Source of the DNA: an uncultured Rhodobacteraceae bacterium
GTDB lineage: Bacteria; Pseudomonadota; Alphaproteobacteria; Rhodobacterales; Rhodobacteraceae
Length of the DNA: 64,000 nt
Assembly: GCA_947503775.1 (NCBI GenBank)
Contig: CANNFE010000012.1
Coordinates: forward strand, 18,737 to 82,736
Direction of reading: 5' to 3'
Shown here piece by piece: positions 28,207 through 37,633 of the stretch. The position numbers and the translations under genes were made by a program. Numbering within the stretch: position 1 is the first letter of the stretch; the number at the start of each line of letters is the position of its first letter. The notes below the pieces were generated by a model. It had not been told where the DNA came from and searched no databases. It saw only the letters and a list, made by a program, of their open reading frames with translations.

Positions 28207-28815
28207 TCAGACGGCCGGGCGGCTGAGCCGGTCGGTCACGAGGCCGGTGGCGGGCATGTTGGGGATGTCGTGATCGTCGTCGCGCAGCGGAGCGCCGCGG
28301 CTGGCCTGCCAGCGATTGATATCGAGCACCGTGCCGGGCGCATCGATCGGACCGGCAAGGCCTTGGCTCAGCGGGACCGTCATCTGCTCGCCGCTCTCTT
28401 CGAAGACCAGACCGATGCGGTACTTCATATGGCTCAGACCGCGAGTGCCGACGCGATGAGGTTCGATCCGGGCGCCGCGAAAGCTGTCCAGCGCATAGAT
28501 GGCCTGGTTCCGCGTCCAGAGGCTGCGATCCGAGATCTTGACGTGACCCTGCGCCTTGTCGAATTCGACCCGGAAGGATCGGGCGAAGATCGCGATATAG
28601 CCCAGCCCAAGCGCCAGTCCGATCAGGCACAGCCGCAGGCTGGCATCGCCGATCAGCTGGGACGGAGGCAGGCTTGTCAGGCGGTCGACGAGGCCGGGGT
28701 CGAAAAGCGTAACCAGCTTGGCCGCGGCGACAAACGTGAAGCCGCCCAGAACAAAGGTGATATAGGGAGTGTCCCTCAGGACAAGACGGTCGGACGTTTT
28801 GCGTGTCAGTTTCAC
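28207..28815 (-). CDS. hypothetical membrane protein, paralog B
   Basis: VKLTRKTSDRLVLRDTPYITFVLGGFTFVAAAKL... VEFDKAQGHVKISDRSL...YRIGLVFEESGEQMTV. GTG at 28815 is 7 nt after GAGG (GTG at 28818 is also possible). The Arg/Pro-rich 73-aa ORF-track extension was rejected. Confidence 0.5.
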   Translation of the reverse strand: MKLTRKTSDRLVLRDTPYITFVLGGFTFVAAAKLVTLFDPGLVDRLTSLPPSQLIGDASLRLCLIGLALGLGYIAIFARSFRVEFDKAQGHVKISDRSLWTRNQAIYALDSFRGARIEPHRVGTRGLSHMKYRIGLVFEESGEQMTVPLSQGLAGPIDAPGTVLDINRWQASRGAPLRDDDHDIPNMPATGLVTDRLSRPAV

Positions 28816-28975
28816 CACTTCACCTCGTTCATTGGCACGGGGGCCATTTGCGCCGAGGAGTGGGGCGCCGTTACGGCGGGGCGGGGACGCTTTCGGGACG
28901 ACTTTTCGAAGATTTACGTCAAAGCCGTGTCGAGGCCCGGACCTTGGGGGATCCGGGCCGCACTCTTGCCCGATT

Positions 28976-29551
28976 TCAGGCGGCCAGCGCGTCGATATCG
29001 CTATAGGCCGCTTCGATCTTGGTCTCGGCTTCGACATTAAGCTGATCGGCGGTGATCACCTGCACGTCGGTGATGCCCAGAAAGCCCAGGAAGAATTTGA
29101 GCCATGGCGTCGCCCAGTCGATATCGGAGCCGCTTTCGGTCCCGCCCGAGGCGACGGCGATGATGGCGCGCTTGTCCTCCAGCAGACCTTTGGGACCGTC
29201 GGCGGAGTATTGAAACGTGACGCCGACGCGGGCGGCCAGATCGGCCCAGGCCTTGAGCGCGGCGGGCACGCCGAAATTATAGATCGGCATCCCGATGACG
29301 ATCGTGTCGGCCGCCTGAAGCTCGGCCACGACGGCGCCCGACGCGGCGATGGCGGCCGTCTGATCCGCACTGCGATCGGCTGGCGGCGTGAAGTAGGAGC
29401 CGATCATCTCTTCGGTAACAAGCTGGGGCGGCGTTTCGGCAAGATCGCGGTGGATCACCTCGCCGCCCAGCCTGGCGACGATGCGATCGGTCAGCTTGCG
29501 CGAGACGGACGCGTCATGGCGGGCAGAGGCGTCGATGCGAAGGATGGTCAT
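28976..29551 (-). CDS. azoR: FMN-dependent NADH-azoreductase
   Basis: MTILRIDASARHDASVSRKLTD...IVIGMPIYNFGVPAALKAWADL. ATG at 29549-29551 is preceded by GGAGAG. Confidence 0.85.
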   Translation of the reverse strand: MTILRIDASARHDASVSRKLTDRIVARLGGEVIHRDLAETPPQLVTEEMIGSYFTPPADRSADQTAAIAASGAVVAELQAADTIVIGMPIYNFGVPAALKAWADLAARVGVTFQYSADGPKGLLEDKRAIIAVASGGTESGSDIDWATPWLKFFLGFLGITDVQVITADQLNVEAETKIEAAYSDIDALAA

Positions 29552-29691
29552 GGGGCTCTCCTGTGTGTGGCGCTGGTTGAATTGATCCAAGAGCTAGGCC
29601 GCTATGCGCGTCCGCGCCATCCCGCGAAATCCAAGATGACTCTGTGCGAATTTGCTTATAGACAGCCGCCATCCGATGCAGGAGAGCACAG

Positions 29692-30585
29692 ATGTCGATC
29701 AACAACTGGGACGAGATCCGCACCGCCTATCATGTGGCGCGCGAGGGCACTGTCTCTGGAGCGGCGCAGGCTCTGGGTGTCCATCATGCGACGGTGATCC
29801 GGCATATCGACGCGCTCGAGGGTCGGCTCGGGGTCAAGCTTTTCCAGAGGCATGCGCGCGGCTATTCCGCGACCGAAGCGGGGGAGGATCTCTTGCAGGT
29901 GGCAGGTGCGACGGACGATCAGTTCACCCAGCTTCTGGGCCGGATCCGCGGTCGGGGCGAAGGTGTGACCGGTGATCTGGTCGTGACGTCGCTGACCTCG
30001 CTCTCCTCTCTGCTGACGCCGGTTCTGGCCGATTTTCAGGAGCAGAACCCCGATGTGCGGATCCGCTACCTGACCGGAGACAGGCTCTTTCGGCTGGAAT
30101 ACGGCGAGGCGCATGTGGCCATCCGTGCCGGGGCGGCGCCCGATCAGCCGGACAATGTGGTGCAACCCTTCATGAAGCAGTCGATGCGGATGGTCGCGAC
30201 GCAGGATTATGTCAAGGAGAACGGCCAGCCGGGCACGGTCCGCGAGTTGTCCGAGCATCGGATCATCGGCCATGACAGCGCCACGTCGCGCGCGCCCTTC
30301 AACATCTGGCTGCGCGATCACGTGCCGGATGATGCGATCGCCTTTCGCGTCACGGACAATCGCGCAATGGGCGATGCGGTCCTGTCGGGGGCCGGGATCG
30401 GCTTCGTTCCGGTCTGGGAACTGGGCAATCATCCGGATCTGGTCGAGATCCTTCCCGCCCTGAGCGACTGGGATGCGCCGCTTTGGCTCGTCACCCATGT
30501 GGACCTGCACCGGACCTCTAAAGTGCAGGCATTTCTGGCTTTTTTGAAAGACCGTGCGCGGGACTGGGCGGAAAAGTGGGGGTGA
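29692..30585 (+). CDS. LysR family transcriptional regulator
   Basis: N-terminal HTH (IRTAYHVAREGTVSGAAQALGVHHATVIRHIDALEGRLGVKLFQRH) plus a LysR substrate-binding domain. Divergent from azoR. Confidence 0.9.
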   Translation: MSINNWDEIRTAYHVAREGTVSGAAQALGVHHATVIRHIDALEGRLGVKLFQRHARGYSATEAGEDLLQVAGATDDQFTQLLGRIRGRGEGVTGDLVVTSLTSLSSLLTPVLADFQEQNPDVRIRYLTGDRLFRLEYGEAHVAIRAGAAPDQPDNVVQPFMKQSMRMVATQDYVKENGQPGTVRELSEHRIIGHDSATSRAPFNIWLRDHVPDDAIAFRVTDNRAMGDAVLSGAGIGFVPVWELGNHPDLVEILPALSDWDAPLWLVTHVDLHRTSKVQAFLAFLKDRARDWAEKWG

Positions 30586-30658
30586 TTGTTAACCTTGCCG
30601 ATGGAACACGCGTCGGATTGCCGCGTTAGGCCGGTAGTTTGGCATAAAGGAAAGCCCA

Positions 30659-30727
30659 ATGCGCAATATCATCTATCTCGTCGGCCTGGTCGTGATCGTT
30701 CTGGCGATCGTTCAGTTCGTACTCTGA
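30659..30727 (+). CDS. candidate 22-aa hydrophobic micro-protein (MRNIIYLVGLVVIVLAIVQFVL)
   Basis: The ATG is preceded by AAGGAAAG about 5-7 nt upstream. Single TM-like peptide. Third-codon positions are mostly G/C, as in neighbouring genes. The 3' end overlaps the convergent ArsR gene end by 16 nt. Not in the ORF track (too short). Confidence 0.4.
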   Translation: MRNIIYLVGLVVIVLAIVQFVL

Positions 30728-31047
30728 GAAATCGTCTCGGTTTCCAAGAACCGTTCGAAGGCGTCGAGATTGACGGCTTCGAACTGCCCAAAGCTCTGCA
30801 TCCAGATCGAAGCGGCCCGCAGGGCGTCGGGATCCAGCTTGCACCACTTCACCCGTCCGCGCTTTTCCTGAACGATCAAACCGGCTTTCGTCAGAACGCC
30901 CAGATGTTTCGAAATCGCGGCCAGCGACATCTCGAACGGCTCGGCCACATCGGTCACGGCCATGTCATCCTCCAGCAGCATCGAAAGGATCGCCCGCCTG
31001 GTCGGATCGGCCAAGGCGGCAAAGACGGTGTCGAGAGGGCTGGTCAT
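30712..31047 (-). CDS. ArsR/SmtB family transcriptional regulator
   Basis: 111 aa: VFAALADPTRRAILSMLLEDDMAVTDVAEPFEMSLAAISKHLGVLTKAGLIVQEKRGR. Only one Cys, so probably not a classical thiolate metal sensor. Confidence 0.85.
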   Translation of the reverse strand: MTSPLDTVFAALADPTRRAILSMLLEDDMAVTDVAEPFEMSLAAISKHLGVLTKAGLIVQEKRGRVKWCKLDPDALRAASIWMQSFGQFEAVNLDAFERFLETETISQSTN

Positions 31048-31081
31048 GACCGCGTGTCCTTGCGGCCTTGTGCTGCAAAAG

Positions 31082-31097
31082 TCAACCGAACGGTTGA
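31082..31097. promoter_or_regulatory. perfect palindrome TCAACCG-AA-CGGTTGA, candidate ArsR-type auto-operator
   Basis: 7-2-7 perfect inverted repeat, 35 nt upstream of the ArsR-family start codon. Confidence 0.5.
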
Positions 31098-31199
31098 ATA
31101 AGGTGCGGTCAGCAGAGCTTCGGCGGCCCTCTTCATCTTGTCAAAAATATGCATTTCAAACAGTAGGTTAAGCGCTCCATCCGCAGCGGATGCGAAGCG

Positions 31200-31228
31200 T
31201 TGACACGCGCTCGCCCGCGCTCTATCTC
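31200..31228 (+). promoter_or_regulatory. sigma70-like promoter of the atp F0 operon
   Basis: TTGACA (31200-31205), 17-nt spacer, TATCTC (31223-31228). About 30 nt upstream of the atpI ATG. Confidence 0.5.
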
Positions 31229-31258
31229 GACGCGGACTGTCCGAAGGGGGCATGACCG

Positions 31259-31594
31259 ATGGACGATCGCGACACGCAGGACCGGCTCAAGGACCTCGAG
31301 GCGCGGATCGCAGCCGCAAAAGGCAAACCAGAGGCCAGGCACCATTCGGAAGAGCATTACTCCCAGGCGCAACTGGCCTGGAGGATGGTGATCGAACTTG
31401 TCGCCGGTCTGGGGATCGGATTCGGGATCGGTTACGGGCTGGATGCCCTTTTCGGCACCCGCCCCATCCTGATGGTGGTGTTCATCTTTCTGGGCCTTGC
31501 GGCCGGCATCAACGTGATGATGCGCACCGCCAAGGAGGTTCAGGTGAAACAGGCATCCGGTCGGGATGTGGGCGATGAAGAGGATGACGACTGA
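31259..31594 (+). CDS. atpI: ATP synthase protein I (AtpI/AtpZ family)
   Basis: 111 aa with two TM helices ([23 protein letters not shown]; [19 protein letters not shown]). Located directly upstream of atpB. Confidence 0.8.
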   Translation: MDDRDTQDRLKDLEARIAAAKGKPEARHHSEEHYSQAQLAWRMVIELVAGLGIGFGIGYGLDALFGTRPILMVVFIFLGLAAGINVMMRTAKEVQVKQASGRDVGDEEDDD

Positions 31595-32379
31595 TGGCGA
31601 CAGGCGGTGAAGAAAGCGGCGCTCTTTCCTTTCATCCGATGGACCAGTTCATCGTCTCGCGTCTGTTCTGCTCGGACGACGCCGAGACGGCGGTCAACGA
31701 ATGCACCTACGACATCGCCTGGTACGAGCTGACGAATGTCACGCTCTGGCTGGCGCTTGCCGTGCTTGCGGTCTTTGCCATGCTCGTTCTGGGCACGCGC
31801 AACCGCGCCGTCGTGCCCTCCCGCTCGCAATCGATCGGAGAGCTCGCCTACGGCTTCATCCACAAAATGGTCGAGGATGTCGCGGGCCGCGAAGGCCTCA
31901 AGTATTTCCCCTATATCATGACGCTCTTCATGTTCATCGTGATGGCGAACTTCCTGGGCCTCATCCCGACGTCCTTCACCACGACCTCGCATATCGCCGT
32001 GACGGCTGTTCTGGGATTCGGCGTCTTCATCGCGGTGACGGTACTGGGGTTCGTCAAGAACGGCGCATCTTTCCTGGGCCTCTTCTGGGTCAGCTCGGCG
32101 CCTTTGGTCCTGCGGCCCATTCTGGCGCTGATCGAGGTCATCTCGTATTTCGTGCGGCCCGTCAGCCACTCCATTCGTCTGGCCGGTAACCTGATGGCCG
32201 GTCACGCCGTTCTCAAGGTCTTCGCAGGCTTTGCCCAGGTGACAGCCATCGCGCCGATCGCAATCTTCGGCGTCGTGGCGATCTACGGGCTCGAAGTGCT
32301 GGTTTCGTTCATTCAGGCCTACGTCTTCACCATTCTCACATGCGTCTATCTCAAGGACGCATTGCATCCGCATCACTAA
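31594..32379 (+). CDS. atpB: F0F1 ATP synthase subunit a
   Basis: 261 aa. Conserved [17 protein letters not shown] motif with the essential Arg. Confidence 0.95.
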   Translation: MATGGEESGALSFHPMDQFIVSRLFCSDDAETAVNECTYDIAWYELTNVTLWLALAVLAVFAMLVLGTRNRAVVPSRSQSIGELAYGFIHKMVEDVAGREGLKYFPYIMTLFMFIVMANFLGLIPTSFTTTSHIAVTAVLGFGVFIAVTVLGFVKNGASFLGLFWVSSAPLVLRPILALIEVISYFVRPVSHSIRLAGNLMAGHAVLKVFAGFAQVTAIAPIAIFGVVAIYGLEVLVSFIQAYVFTILTCVYLKDALHPHH

Positions 32380-32416
32380 CACCAACGCAACTTCCAACCC
32401 TCAAGGAGTACACGTC

Positions 32417-32653
32417 ATGGAAGGCGATATCGCAAATATGGGTCAATTCATCGGTGCCGGCCTGGCCGCCATCGGATCGGGCGCCGCCGCTATCGGTGTG
32501 GGCCACGTGGCCGGCAACTTCCTGGCCGGTGCCCTGCGCAACCCGTCGGCTGCGGCCGGTCAGACCGCGACGCTCTTCATCGGCATCGCCTTCGCAGAAG
32601 CGCTCGGGATCTTTTCGTTCCTCGTCGCTCTTCTGCTGATGTTCGCCGTCTAA
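32417..32653 (+). CDS. atpE: F0F1 ATP synthase subunit c
   Basis: 78-aa hairpin protein: [17 protein letters not shown]...[18 protein letters not shown]. Confidence 0.95.
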   Translation: MEGDIANMGQFIGAGLAAIGSGAAAIGVGHVAGNFLAGALRNPSAAAGQTATLFIGIAFAEALGIFSFLVALLLMFAV

Positions 32654-32727
32654 GGCAACGTCACGATCTTTGAGGGTGGGGCGGCGCCAGGCCGCCCCGG
32701 ATCTCATCTTTTTATCGCGGAGGCATC

Positions 32728-33252
32728 ATGGCGACCGAAACTGCCGGAGCTGCTGAGGACTCAGTCGGTCTTCCACAGCTGGATTTCTCGACATTCGACA
32801 ACCAGATCTTCTGGCTCGTCGTCGCTCTTCTTGCGATCTATTTCATCCTGTCGCGTATCGCATTGCCCCGGATCGGATCGGTTCTGGCCGAACGGCAGGG
32901 GACGATCACGAACGATATCGCCGCCGCCGAAGAGCTCAAGCACAAGGCAACCGCGGCCGAGGCTGCGTACGACAAGGCGCTGGCCGATGCGCGCGCCGAA
33001 GCGGATCGCATCGTCGGAGAAACCAAGGCCGAGATCCAGTCCGAGCTTGATGCAGAGCTGGCCAAAGCCGATGCCGAGATCGCAGCGCGCACCTCTGAAA
33101 GCGAGGCCGCGATTGCCGAAATCCGGGACGGCGCGAAAGACAGCGTCCGCGAGGTCGCCAAGGACACGGCGATGGCCATCGTCGCTGCCTTGGGCCGCGA
33201 TGCCGATCAGTCGGCCGTCGACAAGGCCGTCGAGAAGGAGATGACGTCATGA
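32728..33252 (+). CDS. F0F1 ATP synthase subunit b'
   Basis: 174 aa. N-terminal TM ([14 protein letters not shown]) followed by a long Ala/Glu/Lys-rich coiled coil. The position before subunit b is typical for alphaproteobacteria. Confidence 0.85.
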   Translation: MATETAGAAEDSVGLPQLDFSTFDNQIFWLVVALLAIYFILSRIALPRIGSVLAERQGTITNDIAAAEELKHKATAAEAAYDKALADARAEADRIVGETKAEIQSELDAELAKADAEIAARTSESEAAIAEIRDGAKDSVREVAKDTAMAIVAALGRDADQSAVDKAVEKEMTS

Positions 33253-33815
33253 GCCTGAAGCGTTTCAGCCTGGCCCTTGGCGCGGCCCTGTTGGCGAGCC
33301 CCGCCATGGCAGCGGAGAAGCCGTTCTTCTCGCTCCAGAACACCGATTTCGTGGTGCTGATCGGCTTTATCTGTTTCATCGGGATCCTGGTCTATTTCAA
33401 GGTTCCGGCGATGGTCACCAAGATGCTCGATGCCCGGGCCGACGGGATCCGCAAGGACCTCGACGAGGCGCGGGCGCTGCGCGAAGAGGCCCAGACGCTG
33501 CTGGCCTCTTACGAGCGCAAGAGCCGCGAAGTGAACGAGCAGGCGGACCGGATCGTGGCCAACGCCCGCGAGGAGGCGACCGAGGCCGCCGAGAACTCCA
33601 AGGCCGAGATCAAGCGGTCGGTGGAGCGGCGCCTGGCCGCCGCCGAAGAGCAGATCGCGGCGGCCCGCGCGGCGGCTGTCAAGGATGTGCGCGATCAGGC
33701 CGTGGCCGTTGCCATCGCGGCCTCGCGCGAGGTGATCGCCAAGCAGATGAGCGCGGACGAGCGCAACAAGCTGACCGACGAGGCCATCGGCACGGTCGAG
33801 GCCAAGCTGCACTAA
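33249..33815 (+). CDS. atpF: F0F1 ATP synthase subunit b
   Basis: 188 aa with a TM plus coiled coil. ATGA overlap with b'. Confidence 0.85.
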   Translation: MSLKRFSLALGAALLASPAMAAEKPFFSLQNTDFVVLIGFICFIGILVYFKVPAMVTKMLDARADGIRKDLDEARALREEAQTLLASYERKSREVNEQADRIVANAREEATEAAENSKAEIKRSVERRLAAAEEQIAAARAAAVKDVRDQAVAVAIAASREVIAKQMSADERNKLTDEAIGTVEAKLH

Positions 33816-33841
33816 GCCGCCTCACAGCGCCAAAAAGATCG

Positions 33842-33870
33842 AGACCCGGCCCCGCGTCGGGTCTTTTTCT
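33842..33870 (+). terminator. Rho-independent terminator after atpF
   Basis: AGACCCG-(9-nt loop)-CGGGTCT followed by TTTTTCTTT. It is preceded by AAAAAGA, so it may also work bidirectionally. Confidence 0.75.
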
Positions 33871-33880
33871 TTGAGCGGGG

Positions 33881-33904
33881 AAAAGTCTTCTGCCGAAGAC
33901 TTTT
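33881..33904. terminator. second perfect hairpin AAAAGTCTTC-TGCC-GAAGACTTTT
   Basis: 10-bp perfect stem with A/T tracts on both sides, the shape of a bidirectional terminator. It lies 10 nt after the first terminator. Confidence 0.6.
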
Positions 33905-34082
33905 GAACGAAGAGGAGGGCGCCCTGCGGGCGATGCGGCCGCCAACGCGGGCGCCCGGTGCGGGATGTCTTCGAGGCGAGGGACAGAGAAGGCCACGGCA
34001 TCGAAAAGGGCCACTCCCTGAAGAGGAAGCGGCCCCGATGGCGCCTCGGATGTTCGAAGCGCCTGCTCGAAAGAGCGATACC

Positions 34083-34739
34083 CTAGAAAGGTGTGATCAC
34101 CACTTCGACGCGGCGGTTCTGCTGGCGGCCTTCGGGTGTCAGGTTGGTCGCGACGGGCTGGCTTTCGCCGCGGCCGGTGGCCGAGATCCGCGAAGACGAG
34201 ACGCCCGAATTGATCAGGACGTTCGCGACCGAGCGCGCGCGCCGCTCGGAGAGGCCCTGATTATAGGCCGCTTCGCCGACATTGTCGGTGTGACCGATCA
34301 CGTTGACCCGGGTGTCGGGATATTGCTGCAGGTTCGAGGCCAGAGCGCGCAGATCGCGTTGCAGATCCGGTCGCAGGTTCGCGCTATCGGTGGCAAAGAG
34401 GATGTCCTGTGGCAGCGTGACAATCAGCTGCTCGCCGGTGTTGCGGACATCGACCTGATTACCAAGCGCGTTGCGCAGAGCAGCTTCCTGCTGGTCCAGA
34501 CGATTTCCGACGAGCGCGCCGCCACCGCCGCCGAGAACCGCGCCAGCGACGGCATTGCGGCGACGCTCTTCTTCGCTATCGCCGATCTGTCCGCCGACAA
34601 CCGCCCCGCCAATCGCGCCGATCAACGCGCCCTGCTGGGTGTTCCGGTTAGGGTTGTTGGGATCGGTGAGCGGGGCGCAGGCGGTCAGGGCCAGCGTGCC
34701 GGCCGTCGCTAGAATGAAGGGTGTCTTGATCGAAGCCAT
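34083..34739 (-). CDS. OmpA family lipoprotein (glycine-zipper + OmpA C-terminal domain)
   Basis: MASIKTPFILATAGTLALTAC lipobox. Gly-rich segment. The OmpA_C motif reads NVIGHTDNVGEAAYNQGLSERRARSV...NRRVEVV. ATG at 34737-34739 chosen. Confidence 0.85.
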   Translation of the reverse strand: MASIKTPFILATAGTLALTACAPLTDPNNPNRNTQQGALIGAIGGAVVGGQIGDSEEERRRNAVAGAVLGGGGGALVGNRLDQQEAALRNALGNQVDVRNTGEQLIVTLPQDILFATDSANLRPDLQRDLRALASNLQQYPDTRVNVIGHTDNVGEAAYNQGLSERRARSVANVLINSGVSSSRISATGRGESQPVATNLTPEGRQQNRRVEVVITPF

Positions 34740-34872
34740 GATCTCTCTTTCTTTTGCACATGTGCGGGCAGATCGCCGCATCAGGATCCGATGTGCGATA
34801 TGGATCCCTGATATGCAATAACACGGCGATGATAGGGGAGTTCCGGCAAAATTCGGCCCAGATTTGATATTC

Positions 34873-35727
34873 TCAGGCCGGACTATCCGCTCGCGCGCCC
34901 TCATAGGCCAGAAGCGCGCGCTTGACCGGCAGACCCCAGTGATAGCCGCCCAGACCGCCCGATTTGCGCAAGGCGCGATGGCAGGGAATCAGCCAGCTGA
35001 CCGGATTGCGGCCCACGGCCGTGCCGACGGCGCGGACGGCCTTGGGATGGCCGATGGCGCTGGCGATTTCGGAATAGGTCGTGACCTGACCGGAGGGGAT
35101 GCGCAGCAGCGCCTCCCACACCTTGATCTGGAACGGGGCGCCGATGAGATGCAGCCGCGCCTCTCCGCCCAGCCCGAAGGCGGCGAGGGTCCAGTCGCGG
35201 ATCGCATCCCCGTCTTCGGTAAAGCTCGCCCTGGGCCAGCGGGCCATCATGTCGGCCATGGCAGCGTCGCGGCCCGTTTCTTCGGCAAAGGCGATGCCGC
35301 ACAGCCCTCGCGATGTCGCCATGGCCAGCGTGTCGCCGAAGGGGCTTTGAAACCAGCCGTAGCGGATCACGAGCCCCTCGCCCTTGTGGGCGTATTCGCC
35401 GGGGCTCATCGCCTCCCAGCGCAGGAAGAGATCGTGCAGGCGGCTCGATCCCGACAGACCCACCGCACCGGCGGTCTCCAACGTGGTGAAACGGTCCTCG
35501 AGCAGGGATTTGGCATAGCCCAGCGTCAGATATTGCTGGTAGCGCTTGGGCGACACGCCCGCCCAGCGTGAAAAGAGCCGCTGGAAATGCGCGGGGCTCA
35601 TATCCATGCGGGCGGCCAGATCCTCGAGCGGGGGCTGATCCTCGGAAGACGCATCGATCGCCTCGATGGCGCGGCGCATCACGTGGTAATGGTAGCTGCC
35701 TTCGGCATCGAGCGGGGTCTGGAGCAT
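34873..35727 (-). CDS. bifunctional AraC-type HTH / methylated-DNA-[protein]-cysteine S-methyltransferase (Ada-like, no N-terminal Zn domain seen)
   Basis: HTH_AraC part (LEDLAARMDMSPAHFQRLFSRWAGVSPKRYQ). C-terminal MGMT domain with the active-site IPCHRAL. Confidence 0.85.
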   Translation of the reverse strand: MLQTPLDAEGSYHYHVMRRAIEAIDASSEDQPPLEDLAARMDMSPAHFQRLFSRWAGVSPKRYQQYLTLGYAKSLLEDRFTTLETAGAVGLSGSSRLHDLFLRWEAMSPGEYAHKGEGLVIRYGWFQSPFGDTLAMATSRGLCGIAFAEETGRDAAMADMMARWPRASFTEDGDAIRDWTLAAFGLGGEARLHLIGAPFQIKVWEALLRIPSGQVTTYSEIASAIGHPKAVRAVGTAVGRNPVSWLIPCHRALRKSGGLGGYHWGLPVKRALLAYEGARADSPA

Positions 35728-35835
35728 GATGGGCCTCCTCGTGGATCAGTGTGGTTGGCCTCAATCTAGGCGAGGGGCGGGATCGCCGCGACCCGGATAT
35801 TGCGCTATCGGACGGGCCGGGGCATAGGGGCGGGC

Positions 35836-36504
35836 ATGTCAAAGCAACTCGACTACCACACGATTCACGCGATCTTTGAGCGATTTCAGGAGGCTGAGCC
35901 CGAGCCGAAGGGTGAGCTGGATCACCTCAATGCCTATACGCTTGTCGTGGCGGTGGCACTGTCGGCACAGGCGACGGATGCAGGTGTGAACAAAGCCACG
36001 AAAGCGCTGTTCGAAGTCGTGGACACGCCGCAGAAGATGCTGGATCTGGGCGAGGAGGCGCTGATCGAGCATATCAAGTCGATCGGGCTTTATCGCAACA
36101 AGGCGCGCAACGTCATGAAGCTGAGCCGGATCCTCGTCGAGGAATATGGCGGCGTGGTCCCCAGCTCTCGCGCGGCGCTGGAGAGCCTGCCGGGCGTGGG
36201 GCGCAAGACGGCCAATGTGGTGCTGAACATGTGGTGGCGGCATCCGGCGCAGGCGGTCGATACCCATATCTTCCGTGTCGGCAACCGAACCGGCATCGCG
36301 CCGGGCCGTGATGTGGTCGCCGTCGAGAAGGCGATTGAGGATCATGTGCCGGCCGAGTTCCAGCTGCATGCACATCACTGGATGATCCTGCACGGGCGCT
36401 ATCACTGCAAGGCGCGCAAGCCGATGTGCCCGACCTGCCTGATCGAGGATCTGTGCCCGTTCGACGACAAGACCCAAGCCCCAGCCCCGAAGGGACAAGC
36501 ATGA
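35836..36504 (+). CDS. nth: endonuclease III
   Basis: HhH-GPD (LESLPGVGRKTANVVL) and a 4Fe-4S cluster loop (CKARKPMCPTCLIEDLC). ATG at 35836 chosen. Confidence 0.92.
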   Translation: MSKQLDYHTIHAIFERFQEAEPEPKGELDHLNAYTLVVAVALSAQATDAGVNKATKALFEVVDTPQKMLDLGEEALIEHIKSIGLYRNKARNVMKLSRILVEEYGGVVPSSRAALESLPGVGRKTANVVLNMWWRHPAQAVDTHIFRVGNRTGIAPGRDVVAVEKAIEDHVPAEFQLHAHHWMILHGRYHCKARKPMCPTCLIEDLCPFDDKTQAPAPKGQA

Positions 36505-37493
36505 CTTCCACCTATGACGTCGTCGGCATCGGCAATGCGATGGTCGACGTGATTTCGCCGGCCTCGGATACGTTTCTCGATCATATGGGGATCACGAAAG
36601 GCATCATGCAGCTGATCGAGAGGGACCGGACCGAGGTTCTTTATGCGGCGATGGAAAGCCGGGTCGAGACGCCCGGCGGGTCTGTGGCCAACACGCTGGC
36701 GGGTCTGGGCCAGCTGGGGCTCGGGACCGGGTTCGTGGGGCGTGTGGCCGATGATGCGCTGGGCCGGTTCTATGCCGATGCGATGACGCGCGGCGGAACC
36801 GAATTCGTCAATGCGCCGACGGCCGATGCCGATCTGCCGACCTCGCGGTCGATGATCTTCGTCTCGCCTGACGGGGAGCGGTCGATGAACACGTTTCTCG
36901 GCGAAAGCACGCTTCTGGGATCGGCGGATGTGCCGACCGACGTGATGAAGGCGGCCCGGTTCCTGTTCCTGGAGGGGTATCTCTTCGACAAGGACGACAA
37001 CAAGGCGGCATTCCTGGCCGCCTCTGCCGCCTGTCGCACAGGCGGGGGCGCGCCGGGGATCTCGCTTTCCGATCCGTTCTGCGTTGACCGGCATCGCGAC
37101 GATTTCCGCAAACTCGTTCGCGAGGAAATGGCCTTTGTGATCGGCAACGAGGACGAGTGGAAATCGCTCTATCAGGTGACGGATGTCGAGGAAGCGCTGG
37201 CCCATGCGATGGAGGATTGCCAGACACTTGCCTTCACTCGGTCGGGCGATCCGGTGATCGTCGTCAAGGATGGCGAGCGGGCGGACGTTCCGATCCAGAA
37301 GGTGGTCCCGGTCGACGCGACCGGCGCGGGCGATCAGTTTGCCGCCGGGTTCCTCTACGGGCTAGCCGAAGGCCGCGCGGCGGATGCCTGCGGCCGGATG
37401 GGAGCGGTCGCGGCCGCCGAGGTGATCAGCCATGTCGGCCCGCGTCCCGAAGCGGATCTCAAAGGGCTCTTTCGGCGGCACGGGTTGGTCTAA
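36501..37493 (+). CDS. PfkB family carbohydrate/nucleoside kinase (adenosine kinase-like)
   Basis: MTSTYDVVGIGNAMVDVI... and the C-terminal DATGAGDQFAAGFLYG motif. ATGA overlap with nth. Confidence 0.85.
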   Translation: MTSTYDVVGIGNAMVDVISPASDTFLDHMGITKGIMQLIERDRTEVLYAAMESRVETPGGSVANTLAGLGQLGLGTGFVGRVADDALGRFYADAMTRGGTEFVNAPTADADLPTSRSMIFVSPDGERSMNTFLGESTLLGSADVPTDVMKAARFLFLEGYLFDKDDNKAAFLAASAACRTGGGAPGISLSDPFCVDRHRDDFRKLVREEMAFVIGNEDEWKSLYQVTDVEEALAHAMEDCQTLAFTRSGDPVIVVKDGERADVPIQKVVPVDATGAGDQFAAGFLYGLAEGRAADACGRMGAVAAAEVISHVGPRPEADLKGLFRRHGLV

Positions 37494-37504
37494 ACCGGCA
37501 GAGC

Positions 37505-37568
37505 GCCCGTCTTGATGGCGACCGCCGGATTTGCCTTCGGCGAGGATATTTGGAAGGCAAAGACGGGC
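37505..37568 (+). other. compound stem-loop immediately 3' of the kinase gene
   Basis: Outer stem GCCCGTC/GACGGGC (37505-11 / 37562-68). Inner perfect 9-bp stem TTTGCCTTC/GAAGGCAAA (37530-38 / 37553-61). No T-tract. Confidence 0.5.
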
Positions 37569-37604
37569 AGGGGGTCGCCTCAAAAGCAACCATGGCCCGC
37601 TGGA

Positions 37605-37633
37605 TTAACCTTAATACCCGTTAAGGTTAATGC
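37605..37633 (+). promoter_or_regulatory. AT-rich palindromic motif, copy A (TTAACCTTAA-TACCCG-TTAAGGTTAA-TGC)
   Basis: Perfect 10-nt inverted repeat around a 6-nt spacer. 25/29 identical to copy B at 55632-55660, in the same orientation. Its AT-richness stands out in a GC-rich genome. Confidence 0.6.

Noticed and set aside
28816-29037. N-terminal extensions offered by the ORF track: 28207..29037, 9120..9548, 34740..34904, 53616..53768, 24444..24602, 7295..7390, 36426..36500, 42727..42768, 45365..45388.
   Set aside because: The extensions are Arg/Pro-rich, overlap the upstream gene, and precede internal starts that have Shine-Dalgarno sequences or ATGA/GTGA coupling and match the family N-termini.
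31259-33815. The F0 operon (atpI-B-E-F'-F) lacking F1 genes as an anomaly.
   Set aside because: Separate F0 and F1 operons, and a duplicated b/b' subunit, are the established norm in alphaproteobacteria.
37605-37633. The AT-rich motif as a CtrA box.
   Set aside because: The CtrA consensus is TTAA-N7-TTAA(C). Here the inner TTAA pair is spaced N6 and the outer pairs N2 or N12. TTAACCTT resembles the TTAACCAT half-site only in copy A. It was kept as an unexplained motif instead.
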